From a virus (Duplodnaviria; Caudoviricetes), in IMG/VR virus record IMGVR_UViG_3300023714_000001: a stretch of 64,000 bases of DNA. One strand, written 5' to 3'. This document shows positions 10,144-19,444 of this stretch, piece by piece (within the stretch, counting starts at the first letter, position 1; every line of letters begins with the position of its first letter). A model generated the notes under the pieces. The model saw only the letters and a list, made by a program, of their open reading frames with translations. It made no database searches and was not told the origin of the DNA. The position numbers and the translations under genes were made by a program.

Positions 10144-10671
10144 ATGGCATACGATAAAACAAATGATTTGTTTCCGATTCAGAATGATGTTTTAACGACA
10201 CTTCTGACAAATAATACGAAAATCTCCAAGTTAAATGGCCTAAAAACTGATGGCAAATCCATTGTTAAAGCGATTAACGAATTGTTGGGTAAGTTAAATA
10301 CTGCTCTCAGCCAGGTGACTACAGCCAGTCAGGAAGCTAATGAGGCAAAGGACGGCGTGGCTGGAGTTAAAACGGAAGTTCAGACAATGGTTACGGAAAT
10401 TGTAACCCAGAAAATGACGGAGATTGTCTCTGGTGGCATTCAGAATGATGAATTTGCTTGCGAGGACAATCAGACGGTATTCGCACTGTCTAAAACGCCA
10501 GCCGACAAAGATAATATCCTGTTCTACGTTAACGGTGTTAAATATCTGCGTTCCGACTGGGAATATGACGAAGTTAAAAATGAAGCAAAATGGCTGAATA
10601 CAGCTCAGGCAACTAAGGGTTTTGTCATTAGTAAGGCCGACGCAGTATCCATCGTTTATATCGCGGAATAA
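10144..10671 (+). CDS. Putative virion structural protein
   Basis: AAGGAG RBS before ATG 10144. KSIVKAINEL fibre-type motif and the FALSKTP...FYVNG domain shared with its neighbours. Confidence 0.6.
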   Translation: MAYDKTNDLFPIQNDVLTTLLTNNTKISKLNGLKTDGKSIVKAINELLGKLNTALSQVTTASQEANEAKDGVAGVKTEVQTMVTEIVTQKMTEIVSGGIQNDEFACEDNQTVFALSKTPADKDNILFYVNGVKYLRSDWEYDEVKNEAKWLNTAQATKGFVISKADAVSIVYIAE

Positions 10672-10689
10672 TAAAGGAGAAGATGAAAA

Positions 10690-11292
10690 ATGGCTATCGA
10701 TGCAAAACAGATCGTTTGCGATCCGAATGAAGAAACTGTCATGACGCTGTTGAAGAAGCTTATTGCCGGCAGTACGAAAGATATCGTAGGAGTAAACTTA
10801 TCGGATTTTGACGCGACGGGAAATGGTAAAATTTTTCCCGTAACAACTGGTACGATATCAGGATCATCTCCTACGAACAAACGAAATGCTTTTTATAAAT
10901 ATACGGTAAATGGGTATTATAGTGATTTGACAGTAAAAGACTATGTTCCAGAAAAACTTGAGTTTTTGCTCTCAGATGGAACAACTAGAGAATTTCCGGT
11001 AGAATGGAGCTATATAAGAGGCAATGGGAACGAAACTGTTACGACGATGAACAATCGTCAACTGTCCTGGGCGACTACAGCCGGTACGGCATCGGGAGCG
11101 CTGTTATTTAGAGAAGAGTCTGCCGATGATGAAAGATACTCTTTAATTTCCGAAGAAAACGCGGAGAAAGCATACATACAGCTGTACGCCAGCGTGAAAG
11201 AACTGCCCAATGGGATTACGGATACATACGGCTTAACAAAGAACGCAGAATGCAAATTGCATGTTATGGCTAAAACTATCCCAGTAAAATAA
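10690..11292 (+). CDS. Hypothetical protein, likely structural
   Basis: ORF with RBS within the operon. Confidence 0.55.
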   Translation: MAIDAKQIVCDPNEETVMTLLKKLIAGSTKDIVGVNLSDFDATGNGKIFPVTTGTISGSSPTNKRNAFYKYTVNGYYSDLTVKDYVPEKLEFLLSDGTTREFPVEWSYIRGNGNETVTTMNNRQLSWATTAGTASGALLFREESADDERYSLISEENAEKAYIQLYASVKELPNGITDTYGLTKNAECKLHVMAKTIPVK

Positions 11293-11426
11293 ATAACATT
11301 CGGCAAAATGGGCTGTTACGTTCTTGTAGAGTTCCAGTAAGCACTTTGCGAAAATAGCACATTTTGCATAAATATCCTCTTTATGGTATACTATTTCGGT
11401 ATATTTATAGAGAGGATGTTTTTGTT

Positions 11427-11648
11427 TTGGCAAAGAAGATCAACTATGACGAAAAAATTGCGACATTGGAGCAGAAAATCGAAAAGAAGGCTGCTCAAAT
11501 TTCTGCCCTAAAAAACGAGCTCAAAAAGCTGGAAGCAGAAAGCCGCAAGGAAAAATATGAAAGCATTATCGAATTTATCGATAACAAGAAGTTGCCGCTG
11601 GATCAAGTCATGACAGCTCTTGAAATGGTAGCGGAAGATAATAAATAA
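11427..11648 (+). CDS. Small coiled-coil protein
   Basis: Sigma70-like promoter (TTGCAT...TATACT), AGAGG RBS, TTG start, downstream terminator. Confidence 0.55.
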   Translation: MAKKINYDEKIATLEQKIEKKAAQISALKNELKKLEAESRKEKYESIIEFIDNKKLPLDQVMTALEMVAEDNK

Positions 11649-11656
11649 CTGGATAG

Positions 11657-11700
11657 AAGAAGTCTGTGATTGGTTTTATCCTTTCGCAGGCTTCTTTTTT
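11657..11700 (+). terminator. Rho-independent terminator
   Basis: AGAAGTCTGTGA...TCGCAGGCTTCT followed by TTTTT. Confidence 0.65.
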
Positions 11701-11719
11701 ATTTATATTGCCGCTTTTC

Positions 11720-11755
11720 TAACTGTGGGTAAACAGTAAGACAATAGCACAGTTA
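11720..11755 (+). repeat. 36-bp site A; inverted copy at 21984..22019
   Basis: TAACTGTGGGTAAACAGTAAGACAATAGCACAGTTA is 33/36 identical to the reverse complement of site B. Confidence 0.85.
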
Positions 11756-11869
11756 CGATTCGAGACCGTAAAGTCAAACGCTCGATACAAAATAGCGTAT
11801 CCACTTCAAGGTAATGTATCCAACGAAGAGCGGAATAGGCCGCTCTGGTATTAAGAAAGGCGGTTTTTA

Positions 11870-12484
11870 ATGTCTCACGTAGTAAGTAAATATGAACTGC
11901 AGCATGTAACCGTGGATGAGCTCCGTCAGATGGCATCTGATTACCGGGAAAGCATCTGGGCGCAGGCACAGTCTGCTGGTCATGAACCGAAGATTTACCT
12001 GCACTGGACGGCCGGTCACTATGGCCAGTTCTGGGATGACTATCATGTCCAGATTGACGAGGACGGCGAAATCTATGTATATGGTGCACTGGATGACATC
12101 TTGGCTCATACCTGGCGACGTAATACTGGTGCAATCGGGGTAACGCTTTTGTGCGGTTATAAAGCCAATACTTCCGACCTTGGCCCTGAACCTCCAACAG
12201 CTAAACAGATTGAATCTATGGCTCTTGCAGTAGAGGCTTTAGCTGATGGTCTGTGGTTGACAATCTCGAAAGAGTATGTCGCTACTCACGGCGAAGCAGC
12301 AGACAACGAATGTAACGATTGGTGTCATGAAGAGTATGGCCCGAAGTCAACCTGTGAACGCTGGGATTTGGAATACCTGCAGACAGATGAAAGCCCGGAA
12401 TTCAATCCCTGGGCAGAAGATGGTAGCCGCGGTGGTGACGTAATCCGTGGCAAGGCTAACTGGTATCGCAATCAGCGCGGTTAA
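11870..12484 (+). CDS. N-acetylmuramoyl-L-alanine amidase (Amidase_2) endolysin
   Basis: IYLHWTAG, YHVQIDEDG, AHTWRRNTGAIGV and THGE motifs. Confidence 0.8.
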   Translation: MSHVVSKYELQHVTVDELRQMASDYRESIWAQAQSAGHEPKIYLHWTAGHYGQFWDDYHVQIDEDGEIYVYGALDDILAHTWRRNTGAIGVTLLCGYKANTSDLGPEPPTAKQIESMALAVEALADGLWLTISKEYVATHGEAADNECNDWCHEEYGPKSTCERWDLEYLQTDESPEFNPWAEDGSRGGDVIRGKANWYRNQRG

Positions 12485-12498
12485 GAGAGGTAAATAAT

Positions 12499-13101
12499 AT
12501 GTCAGTATTTGACCTTTCCCATTGGCAACCGGCAGACCGCATTGCGGAGCTGGTCGAAGGCGGAAATTGCGACGGCGTTATCCTGAAGCTTGGGGAACGC
12601 AATGTAAAAACCGGTGAAATTGAACTTGATCCGATGTTTATCACTCATGTAAACGAGGCTGTTCGATTCGGTTTGCCGTACGGTATTTATATCATGGGGC
12701 GCGCCAATAATGAAAATGAAGCTTTGGAAGAAGCTCAATGGGTAAACGATCGTGTAGCTGAACTCCTGAACGGACAGGAACCTGCACTGGGCACATGGTT
12801 TGACCTGGAACGGCCAGAAGTAAAACGGGATGGCGTTTATGAAGATTATCGTTTTGCAATTCTCCACTTAAGTGATTGGTGGGGTGGCAGCCATAAAATC
12901 GGTATCTATGCATCCTACTTATACTTTGAGGGCTATCTGGATATCGGCAATATGGCGGCAAACAGCATCCCCGTCTGGAATGCCCAGTATGGTTTTGTAG
13001 ATTCCATGCGCCAAAACTATCCATATATCAAAACAGTCTTGTGGCAGTTTACGAAAAACGACGATTATCAGGATGAGAATGTGTGGTACGGCTGGTATTA
13101 A
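12499..13101 (+). CDS. GH25 family lysozyme
   Basis: DLSHWQ, GLPYGIY, WFDLE, VWNAQYG and LWQFT motifs. Confidence 0.85.
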   Translation: MSVFDLSHWQPADRIAELVEGGNCDGVILKLGERNVKTGEIELDPMFITHVNEAVRFGLPYGIYIMGRANNENEALEEAQWVNDRVAELLNGQEPALGTWFDLERPEVKRDGVYEDYRFAILHLSDWWGGSHKIGIYASYLYFEGYLDIGNMAANSIPVWNAQYGFVDSMRQNYPYIKTVLWQFTKNDDYQDENVWYGWY

Positions 13102-13169
13102 GCCGCCCGCAAAATAATAAAAGCGCCCCGAATATGTGGGCGCTTATTTTGTAAAGAAAGGAAAAACAT

Positions 13170-13727
13170 ATGGATTTTTTAAAAAAGCATAGCAAGACCA
13201 TTATGGCCATAATCATTGTGGTATTAATAGCTGCGCTCATAAGGTTAACTTTTTTTAAAAAAGAACCTGTGCCAGAGATAGTAACTGTACCGGAGGTATC
13301 CAGGCAAACGCTTCGTCAGTATTTCCCGCAGGAAACCAAAGCGACGATAAATGATATGGCTCATCAGATCCAGCGGGCAAAAAATACACAGGCTCCGCAA
13401 TACCATTACTATACGGTGACACAAGAGTATGCAGATAATAAAGCACAGGAATATGGCAAGGCCCAGAAAGCAGACAAAATCGTAAAAGAGACTCACGAGG
13501 TCGAAGTAAAAGATGATAACGGCAATAAGACCAGCGTTATCGAAAATGATTACTATGCTATTAATCTGGAGCGCAAACACCGTATAAAGGCCGGCGCGAT
13601 GAATGTGGATGGTGATACTTATATTAAAGCGGCATACCAAAATCGCGATGTCGAATACGAGGTATATCATTCACCAAAAACTGGAAAAACCGGTGTCGGG
13701 CTAGAAGTAACAATAGCTAAATGGTAA
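13170..13727 (+). CDS. Membrane-anchored protein in the lysis cassette (possible spanin/holin accessory)
   Basis: N-terminal TM helix; C-terminal beta-rich tail ending in W. Confidence 0.5.
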   Translation: MDFLKKHSKTIMAIIIVVLIAALIRLTFFKKEPVPEIVTVPEVSRQTLRQYFPQETKATINDMAHQIQRAKNTQAPQYHYYTVTQEYADNKAQEYGKAQKADKIVKETHEVEVKDDNGNKTSVIENDYYAINLERKHRIKAGAMNVDGDTYIKAAYQNRDVEYEVYHSPKTGKTGVGLEVTIAKW

Positions 13728-13730
13728 GAG

Positions 13731-14762
13731 TTAATAAATACAATCCAATAATTGCTCTGTGACGTTTTGGTATCTGTCGAATAAATTGCCGATAAAAGCA
13801 GTGCTGCATTTGTAGCCCGCCATTGCTCCGCATAAATTGCCGGTTATGGATGCAACGGTATCGCTATCTTTCTCAATGTTGGCCGTGTGTTGCATAATTT
13901 TCGGAAGATCGTTAGAGCAATAGCTGAGCGCGTTGCACAATGCAAATCCAAGTGCCTGAGGAGCAAGCCAGTTATGCTCAATTTCATTCCAAAAACGTTG
14001 ATGTGGAAATACATGGCTGCCAAAAACCTCAAATTGTTTTGCGCATCGGCTGCCATCCATAACACAGGTGTGGGTTTGGCCAGAACGTTTGTGCCCGATA
14101 TCAATTTTGTTAATACACCCCTCATAAACAGATAATGCCTGAATTTCCGCATTAAAAAGTTCCATGTCGTCTCTTAGTAAAAAATAAACGATAAGCGAAA
14201 AGATTCCTGCAGCAATTTGCGCTTCTCTGTGTCCATGTGTAATTGCTGCGCACCGCATAGACAATTCAAATACATATTCCGGTGTCTCGTTAATCAGAAA
14301 GCCGAACGGGGCAGAACGCATAACAGTGCCGTTACCCAGGCTATCGTTGTATTGTTTATCCAGTGTTCCCATGCAACCGGAGCGCAGGGAGTCAATACAG
14401 GCATGGCCGGGAGCCCGCATAATATATAAATCATCTATCATCCATAGCTCACCTACGTGGGCTATTTTTTCGTCTATGGCTCCAGGGCCATACTGCGTAT
14501 TAAACCAACGGAGATATGATTCGTACATAATTTGCACACGCTCATCCATCGATTTACCCTGACTGAGTGCTAACCCCTCAAGCGTAAACAATGTCATCTG
14601 GGTATCATCTGTGATGGCATCTCCTGGATTTAGCTCCTGCTTACCCTGCTCGCCATATTGCGATCTGATTTCATCCATAGTCATCATTTCTAGGTCAGAA
14701 CCAAAAGCATCTCCATAGGCCCCGTATAAAATACATCGATACATTCTATCCTGTTTAGTCAT
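13731..14762 (-). CDS. ADP-ribosylglycohydrolase (DraG/ARH family)
   Basis: GAYGDAFG, ITDDTQMT, GNGTVMR, THGH and DSDTVASITGNLCGA motifs. Confidence 0.9.
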   Translation of the reverse strand: MTKQDRMYRCILYGAYGDAFGSDLEMMTMDEIRSQYGEQGKQELNPGDAITDDTQMTLFTLEGLALSQGKSMDERVQIMYESYLRWFNTQYGPGAIDEKIAHVGELWMIDDLYIMRAPGHACIDSLRSGCMGTLDKQYNDSLGNGTVMRSAPFGFLINETPEYVFELSMRCAAITHGHREAQIAAGIFSLIVYFLLRDDMELFNAEIQALSVYEGCINKIDIGHKRSGQTHTCVMDGSRCAKQFEVFGSHVFPHQRFWNEIEHNWLAPQALGFALCNALSYCSNDLPKIMQHTANIEKDSDTVASITGNLCGAMAGYKCSTAFIGNLFDRYQNVTEQLLDCIY

Positions 14763-14857
14763 AGCGACACCTCTTAAAAAATGATAAATTATAATATAAT
14801 ATTATGGCTACCGAACGGTGGCGGTTAATCGATGGCCCTGAGAAGGGGCGCCGGACG

Positions 14858-14926
14858 ATGAGTAAATATGATTTTCATCTGATACTGATTTTAGTTCTCG
14901 CGCTTGTAAGCACCATAAAGGCATAA
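14858..14926 (+). CDS. Small hydrophobic peptide, putative type I toxin (22 aa)
   Basis: MSKYDFHLILILVLALVSTIKA with a GAAGGGG RBS. mRNA 5' and 3' ends are complementary, and a convergent promoter lies downstream. Confidence 0.6.
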   Translation: MSKYDFHLILILVLALVSTIKA

Positions 14927-15020
14927 GAAAAGCCGCCTCTGGACTCGCAATCTTGTAGGCGGCGATTCTTAATCGTTGTTCACATCTGTGGGACTGACCG
15001 TCGCCGGTAGCCTTTTGGTA
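14925..15020 (-). ncRNA. Putative antisense antitoxin RNA
   Basis: TTGATT-17bp-TATAAT promoter at 15054-15026 on the - strand; hairpin at 14931-14964. Ends are approximate. Confidence 0.5.
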
Positions 15021-15124
15021 TGCATATTATACAACTTCAAGCTGATAAAATCAATACTACCGGTTGTCTCATCTGCTGGCTTTTGTAGGTCGCTCTTTTG
15101 GCGCCGGGATATATAAGCTATCCC

Positions 15125-15367
15125 CTAAACAAGTACTTCGTGTCTGTCGCACTGGCGGGCGAAGGGATCTTCTATGTCGTATTGCTGCAACACCTCCAGT
15201 CGACACTCGCTCTTGTACCGCAAATCCTGATTTTCCAGCGACAAACGCTCTTTGTCTTGCCGTTCCCTGATAGTCAGGTAATAAACAGTGTTGACGGCAA
15301 GCGTACGAATGTCCTCCGTTGGTAGCTGTGTAATTTTCTCCATAATTCTTTCCTTAGAATCTTGCAC
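15125..15367 (-). CDS. Hypothetical protein
   Basis: AGGAGG RBS and GTG start; divergent from the XRE gene. Confidence 0.55.
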   Translation of the reverse strand: MQDSKERIMEKITQLPTEDIRTLAVNTVYYLTIRERQDKERLSLENQDLRYKSECRLEVLQQYDIEDPFARQCDRHEVLV

Positions 15368-15448
15368 AAAAATACCTCCTTTTTGTGCGCATAGCGTGGG
15401 TTTCCGCTATCGCGTAATCGAATTTAGCAACTTTGGCGAAGGCTAAAT

Positions 15449-15613
15449 TTTCACATTGGTGTGAAATGAGATTACACATATATAGTAGCACAATGGCGTC
15501 AGAAAAACAATGTGTAATTTGAACCTTGCGATTAAGAAGCTAATGTGATAAAATGAAAGCAGATGCAAACAATAATGTGATATGCAACAACTTACATAAG
15601 ACATTGTAATGTC
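15449..15613. promoter_or_regulatory. Divergent control region with repeated operator-like AATGTG/CACATT motifs
   Basis: TTTCACAttggTGTGAAA (15449), CAATGTGTAAT, two TAATGTGATA (15541, 15573), GACATTgtAATGTC (15600). Confidence 0.5.
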
Positions 15614-15640
15614 TTTCATAGGAGGTGTCAAGAGAAAATT

Positions 15641-16054
15641 ATGGATTTCGGAGAAAAATTGAAAACGCTGCGAAAAAAGAAGGGGTGGACACAGAGGGAA
15701 GTTGCAGATATGCTAAGTGTTTCCCCCAGGACTTATGCTTCGTACGAATTGGAAGGGCGCGAGCCGAAAGATATAGACAAATACTATATCTTGGCAGAAA
15801 TATTTGGAGTTTCAAAGGACTACTTTATAGAATCATCCAAAGGGATGGCAAAAATAAATTTAGGTGACTTATTTCCGGGGGTCGGCGCAACTGAAGTAAC
15901 GGACGAGGTTAGGGCGAAAATGCTTACCGATGAACTTGTAACGCTGTTTATGAAGGGTGAGATGTCATCAAGGTTCAGAGATGACATCGCTGAGCGGATC
16001 ATGAATGCATATTGGGACGCAAAGAGAGGAGACGATATACGTGTTAAAGGATGA
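15641..16054 (+). CDS. XRE-family HTH transcriptional regulator
   Basis: FGEKLKTLRKKKGWTQREVA...YELEGREP. Confidence 0.9.
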   Translation: MDFGEKLKTLRKKKGWTQREVADMLSVSPRTYASYELEGREPKDIDKYYILAEIFGVSKDYFIESSKGMAKINLGDLFPGVGATEVTDEVRAKMLTDELVTLFMKGEMSSRFRDDIAERIMNAYWDAKRGDDIRVKG

Positions 16055-16511
16055 CTTTGATAAGCTCTTGCAAGATTTTTGTATTACATATTGGAAGAAA
16101 TTATACGAATCCACAGAAGAAAGTACCAACGAACTAAAAATAAATCGGGATATTACGTTAGAAAAGCTCAATACGAATGGAACGGAATTGTTACGCAAGA
16201 TGTTTGCCGGTCAGCTTACTGAACATGAAAAGGTTATATTAAAAGAGTTTCAAGAAGAAGCGTCAGAATATTTTGATGGAAAAAATACAGTAAATATATG
16301 GATTTTAATCAAAAGGAAGAACGGGAAGAATCGGTTACAATTCAAGACATTCGTTGGTATGGGGACGGAAGCAATTGAGAAGGCCCACGATTGGCTAGAC
16401 GGAAAGACAGAAAAAAGGACGGGCGGTGACGGCGCAACCTATGTTAAGTCCTTAGACACAAAAGATGTTGTATATGTAAGGCCACTGTATGAGATTATTG
16501 TGCCATTTTAA
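16041..16511 (+). CDS. Hypothetical protein
   Basis: GAGGAG RBS before GTG 16041. Confidence 0.55.
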   Translation: MLKDDFDKLLQDFCITYWKKLYESTEESTNELKINRDITLEKLNTNGTELLRKMFAGQLTEHEKVILKEFQEEASEYFDGKNTVNIWILIKRKNGKNRLQFKTFVGMGTEAIEKAHDWLDGKTEKRTGGDGATYVKSLDTKDVVYVRPLYEIIVPF

Positions 16512-16530
16512 AATAAAACAATAAGGAAAG

Positions 16531-17664
16531 ATGATGGAGATGCTAAAACTGAAACAACAATGGCATAGCTGCCTTGCGTCAGTACTAATAGGAATATCGT
16601 GCATTATGCTCCCGGCGGTATCAGAAGCAGAAGTTGTTACCGTAGAAGCAGATGGCCAGTATATGCTTGGCGATGACGACAATATTTCCACCGCTAAAGA
16701 GCGTGCAAGGCAAGACGCGCTAAGAAGCGCCGCAGAAAAAGCCGGCGTTTTTGTCAAGTCGTATACAGAAACACACAACATGGTTTTAACCAAAGACGAT
16801 GTAATCGTTGTTTCCTCGAACTTGCTCAATGTGCAGCACGAATCCATAACCAATGAAGTCGTCGGCGGTTTGGGATTCAAGGTCAATTGTCATGTGGTGG
16901 CAACCTTTGATACGGATAACATCAATATGACGCAAATGCTGAACACGCAGACAATGGCCATCAAGGAGAGGGATGATGCCATTGAGCGACTAAACCGAGA
17001 AAACGCCCAACTGAAGGCGCAAATGTCCGCCCAGAACGCAGTCAAAATAAAAGAAAATGAAACTCTCTTCAAGATAAACCTGTATGAACGCGAGTTAATA
17101 AAAGAAGCGAATAAGAATAATATACACGAAGCTGGAAAATGGGCGGATAAGCTCCGTGTTTTAGACCCGGACAATGATATATATAGATGTTTTACATACA
17201 CTTTGATGGGCAAACAGGAGTGCGTAACGGAGTGTGATAAGTACCTTGTAGCACACCCGGATGATTTCGTGGCAGAGATTTGTCGAATAAACGCGCTATA
17301 TAATATAAAAAATAACTTTCCAACGAACGATATAGATAGGAAAGCCGTAGACCGTCTTGTTAAGCGAGCGAAGAAGATACTACCGTTGGATGTTTACTAC
17401 TCTTCGGTATCGCCAACCGTACTCAAAGGTGGCAGCGGCGAGATGGGCTGCGTAGAAGGACCGAACGGCATTGTTATAAACGAGCAGATATCCTTCCTGT
17501 TTGAGAATGTCTATGGTGTATGCGTAAGAGACTTAGCCGATGCAGAAAGGGATAAAAAGAAGAGCGAAGTAATAATTGCGTACGCTAAGCATCCTGATGA
17601 TGTTGATGGAAAAGAATGTGACAAGGTACTTAATAGGTATGAAAAAATATATTCCTATCTTTAA
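16531..17664 (+). CDS. Secreted/periplasmic protein (signal peptide, FlgT-N/LPP20-like domain, helical repeats)
   Basis: Signal peptide, then TVEADGQY...AKERARQDALRSAAEKAGVFVKS. Confidence 0.55.
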   Translation: MMEMLKLKQQWHSCLASVLIGISCIMLPAVSEAEVVTVEADGQYMLGDDDNISTAKERARQDALRSAAEKAGVFVKSYTETHNMVLTKDDVIVVSSNLLNVQHESITNEVVGGLGFKVNCHVVATFDTDNINMTQMLNTQTMAIKERDDAIERLNRENAQLKAQMSAQNAVKIKENETLFKINLYERELIKEANKNNIHEAGKWADKLRVLDPDNDIYRCFTYTLMGKQECVTECDKYLVAHPDDFVAEICRINALYNIKNNFPTNDIDRKAVDRLVKRAKKILPLDVYYSSVSPTVLKGGSGEMGCVEGPNGIVINEQISFLFENVYGVCVRDLADAERDKKKSEVIIAYAKHPDDVDGKECDKVLNRYEKIYSYL

Positions 17665-17829
17665 TCCGGCATGTAGTTAATTAAAAGCGATTGACATTAT
17701 CAACCATAATTAATCATTTCTGTAAAGATGAGAAGAGGAAAATGCCGAAAGGAAGAGAGGCGGCATTTTTCTCTCTAATCTAAAGAGACTGATAATTAAG
17801 AAAAAAGAGAATAGTATAAAAAAGAGATA

Positions 17830-17893
17830 ATATTGTAAATATATCTAACTGTGGTTAACGACAATTACACACAGTTGGATATATTTACAATAT
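17830..17893. repeat. 64-bp palindrome (site C) upstream of the recombinase
   Basis: ATATTGTAAATATATCTAACTGTG-16nt-CACAGTTGGATATATTTACAATAT; 24-bp arms with one mismatch. Confidence 0.85.
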
Positions 17894-17995
17894 GAAAACC
17901 ATATACGGTTTTCAAGATGCGTACCCCTTCAAAATACAGAATATTTTGCTATTGCCTACTACTTGTAGTATAATATTTTAAAGGTGGTGATTTGT

Positions 17996-18982
17996 ATGGC
18001 CAGCATAGCTCCAGTACAAACCGAATTGGGATTTAAAACTCCCATGGATGAGAACCTGGTAACTCCAGATTACTTTGTGGCTTATTACCTGCAGTTCTTG
18101 CCGCGTTATATTGCTAATGGGCGCCCTACTGATGATACGCTGCGGGATTACAAAATTCATATAGACAGCTTTTTAAGATGGTGCGATGAGCATAACCGGC
18201 ATCCGCTATCCATTCATGATTACCAAATGCGTATGTATATGGAATGGATGGTAAACCGCGAATACACCGATAACACTATCGCTATTAAACTGTCGGCAAT
18301 TCGAGGGTTTTATCAGGCGGCGCTAAAAATCGGCCTCATAGAATTAAACCCGTGCGAAGATTTAAAAGCTGATAGAAAACTTGTCTGGGATGAGAAATTC
18401 CGTTTCTATTCTACGGAGCAAATAGAGATAATGAATGACTATATCAAAAATACCGCAATAAATGATTTTATTCGCTATAGAGATATGGCCATATTGTATC
18501 TGATGGGTGTTGAAGGTCTGCGCAACGTAGAAGTCCACCGCCTTTGTGATGAAGATATTAACTGGGAATATGGCTCTATACTTATCAGAGGTAAGGGGCA
18601 TGGCGGAATTATTTACCCATCTGAAGAAACTCTGGAGGTTCTCAGACGCTATATAGAAGCGCGCCCGGAAAATAAAAAAGAGGGGGCTTTCACCCCCACT
18701 ATCACATCTGACCATCGTCATAAATACAGAAGAATCTCTAGAAATGGTATACGCAATATCATGAATCGGATACTCGAAGGCTGCCAATTAAAACATCCGG
18801 GATACTCTTGCCATATACTGCGCCATAGCTGCGGTACAAACCTTTATAATGAGACGAAAGACTTGCGGCTTGTGCAAGAACAACTTCGTCATAACGATCC
18901 GCAGATGACGGCCAGATATAGCCATGTTCATGAGCGTATGACCAGAAGAGCGACTTCTCGGTTGGCGCCGGAGATAGATTAA
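17996..18982 (+). CDS. XerC/XerD-like tyrosine recombinase
   Basis: N-terminal SAM-like domain, GLRNVEV, IRGKG, HILRHSCGT, QLRH and TARY catalytic motifs. Confidence 0.92.
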   Translation: MASIAPVQTELGFKTPMDENLVTPDYFVAYYLQFLPRYIANGRPTDDTLRDYKIHIDSFLRWCDEHNRHPLSIHDYQMRMYMEWMVNREYTDNTIAIKLSAIRGFYQAALKIGLIELNPCEDLKADRKLVWDEKFRFYSTEQIEIMNDYIKNTAINDFIRYRDMAILYLMGVEGLRNVEVHRLCDEDINWEYGSILIRGKGHGGIIYPSEETLEVLRRYIEARPENKKEGAFTPTITSDHRHKYRRISRNGIRNIMNRILEGCQLKHPGYSCHILRHSCGTNLYNETKDLRLVQEQLRHNDPQMTARYSHVHERMTRRATSRLAPEID

Positions 18983-19007
18983 CTAATAGGATTGGAGGAA
19001 AACGGAA

Positions 19008-19409
19008 ATGAAGTATATTTTAGAAATCGAATCCCATAAAGACCCGGAAGAAATTGAATGGCTGCGCAAATATATCGGTAGGAAAAACGTTTTTTGTTTT
19101 GATGACGACACTATATATGGAAACGACTATAATACTAAGGATTTTTCCGAACAATTTGGATATCCTAACGGAAGGAAAGGCTTAAAATGTACAGCGAAAC
19201 TGATTAGAGTTGGTCGTACGGAAAATATTGATCACTGGTTTGCTATTTTGTGGAATGAATATCGGACTATAATCAAATTTGAAATAGATACAACAAAAAC
19301 TGCCAGCCGATACAAACCTAGCAGTTATGGTTGGTATGAAGACGAATACGCAGTCTATCGAGGTCGCTCTGCAGACGGGAGTGGCTTTACAGGTAATCCA
19401 TTTATTTAG
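19008..19409 (+). CDS. Hypothetical protein
   Basis: GGAGG RBS and ORF. Confidence 0.55.
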   Translation: MKYILEIESHKDPEEIEWLRKYIGRKNVFCFDDDTIYGNDYNTKDFSEQFGYPNGRKGLKCTAKLIRVGRTENIDHWFAILWNEYRTIIKFEIDTTKTASRYKPSSYGWYEDEYAVYRGRSADGSGFTGNPFI

Positions 19410-19412
19410 AAC

Positions 19413-19443
19413 AAAAAAAGCGAGCGTTATCCGCTCGCTTTTT
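19413..19443. terminator. Bidirectional terminator where the two transcription arms converge
   Basis: AAAAAAAGCGAGCG-ttatc-CGCTCGCTTTTT. Confidence 0.8.
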
Positions 19444-19444
19444 C

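Noticed and set aside
17830-17893. Protelomerase hairpin-telomere site
   Set aside because: The centre is asymmetric, and the adjacent enzyme has a Xer-like HxxR motif and size rather than protelomerase features.
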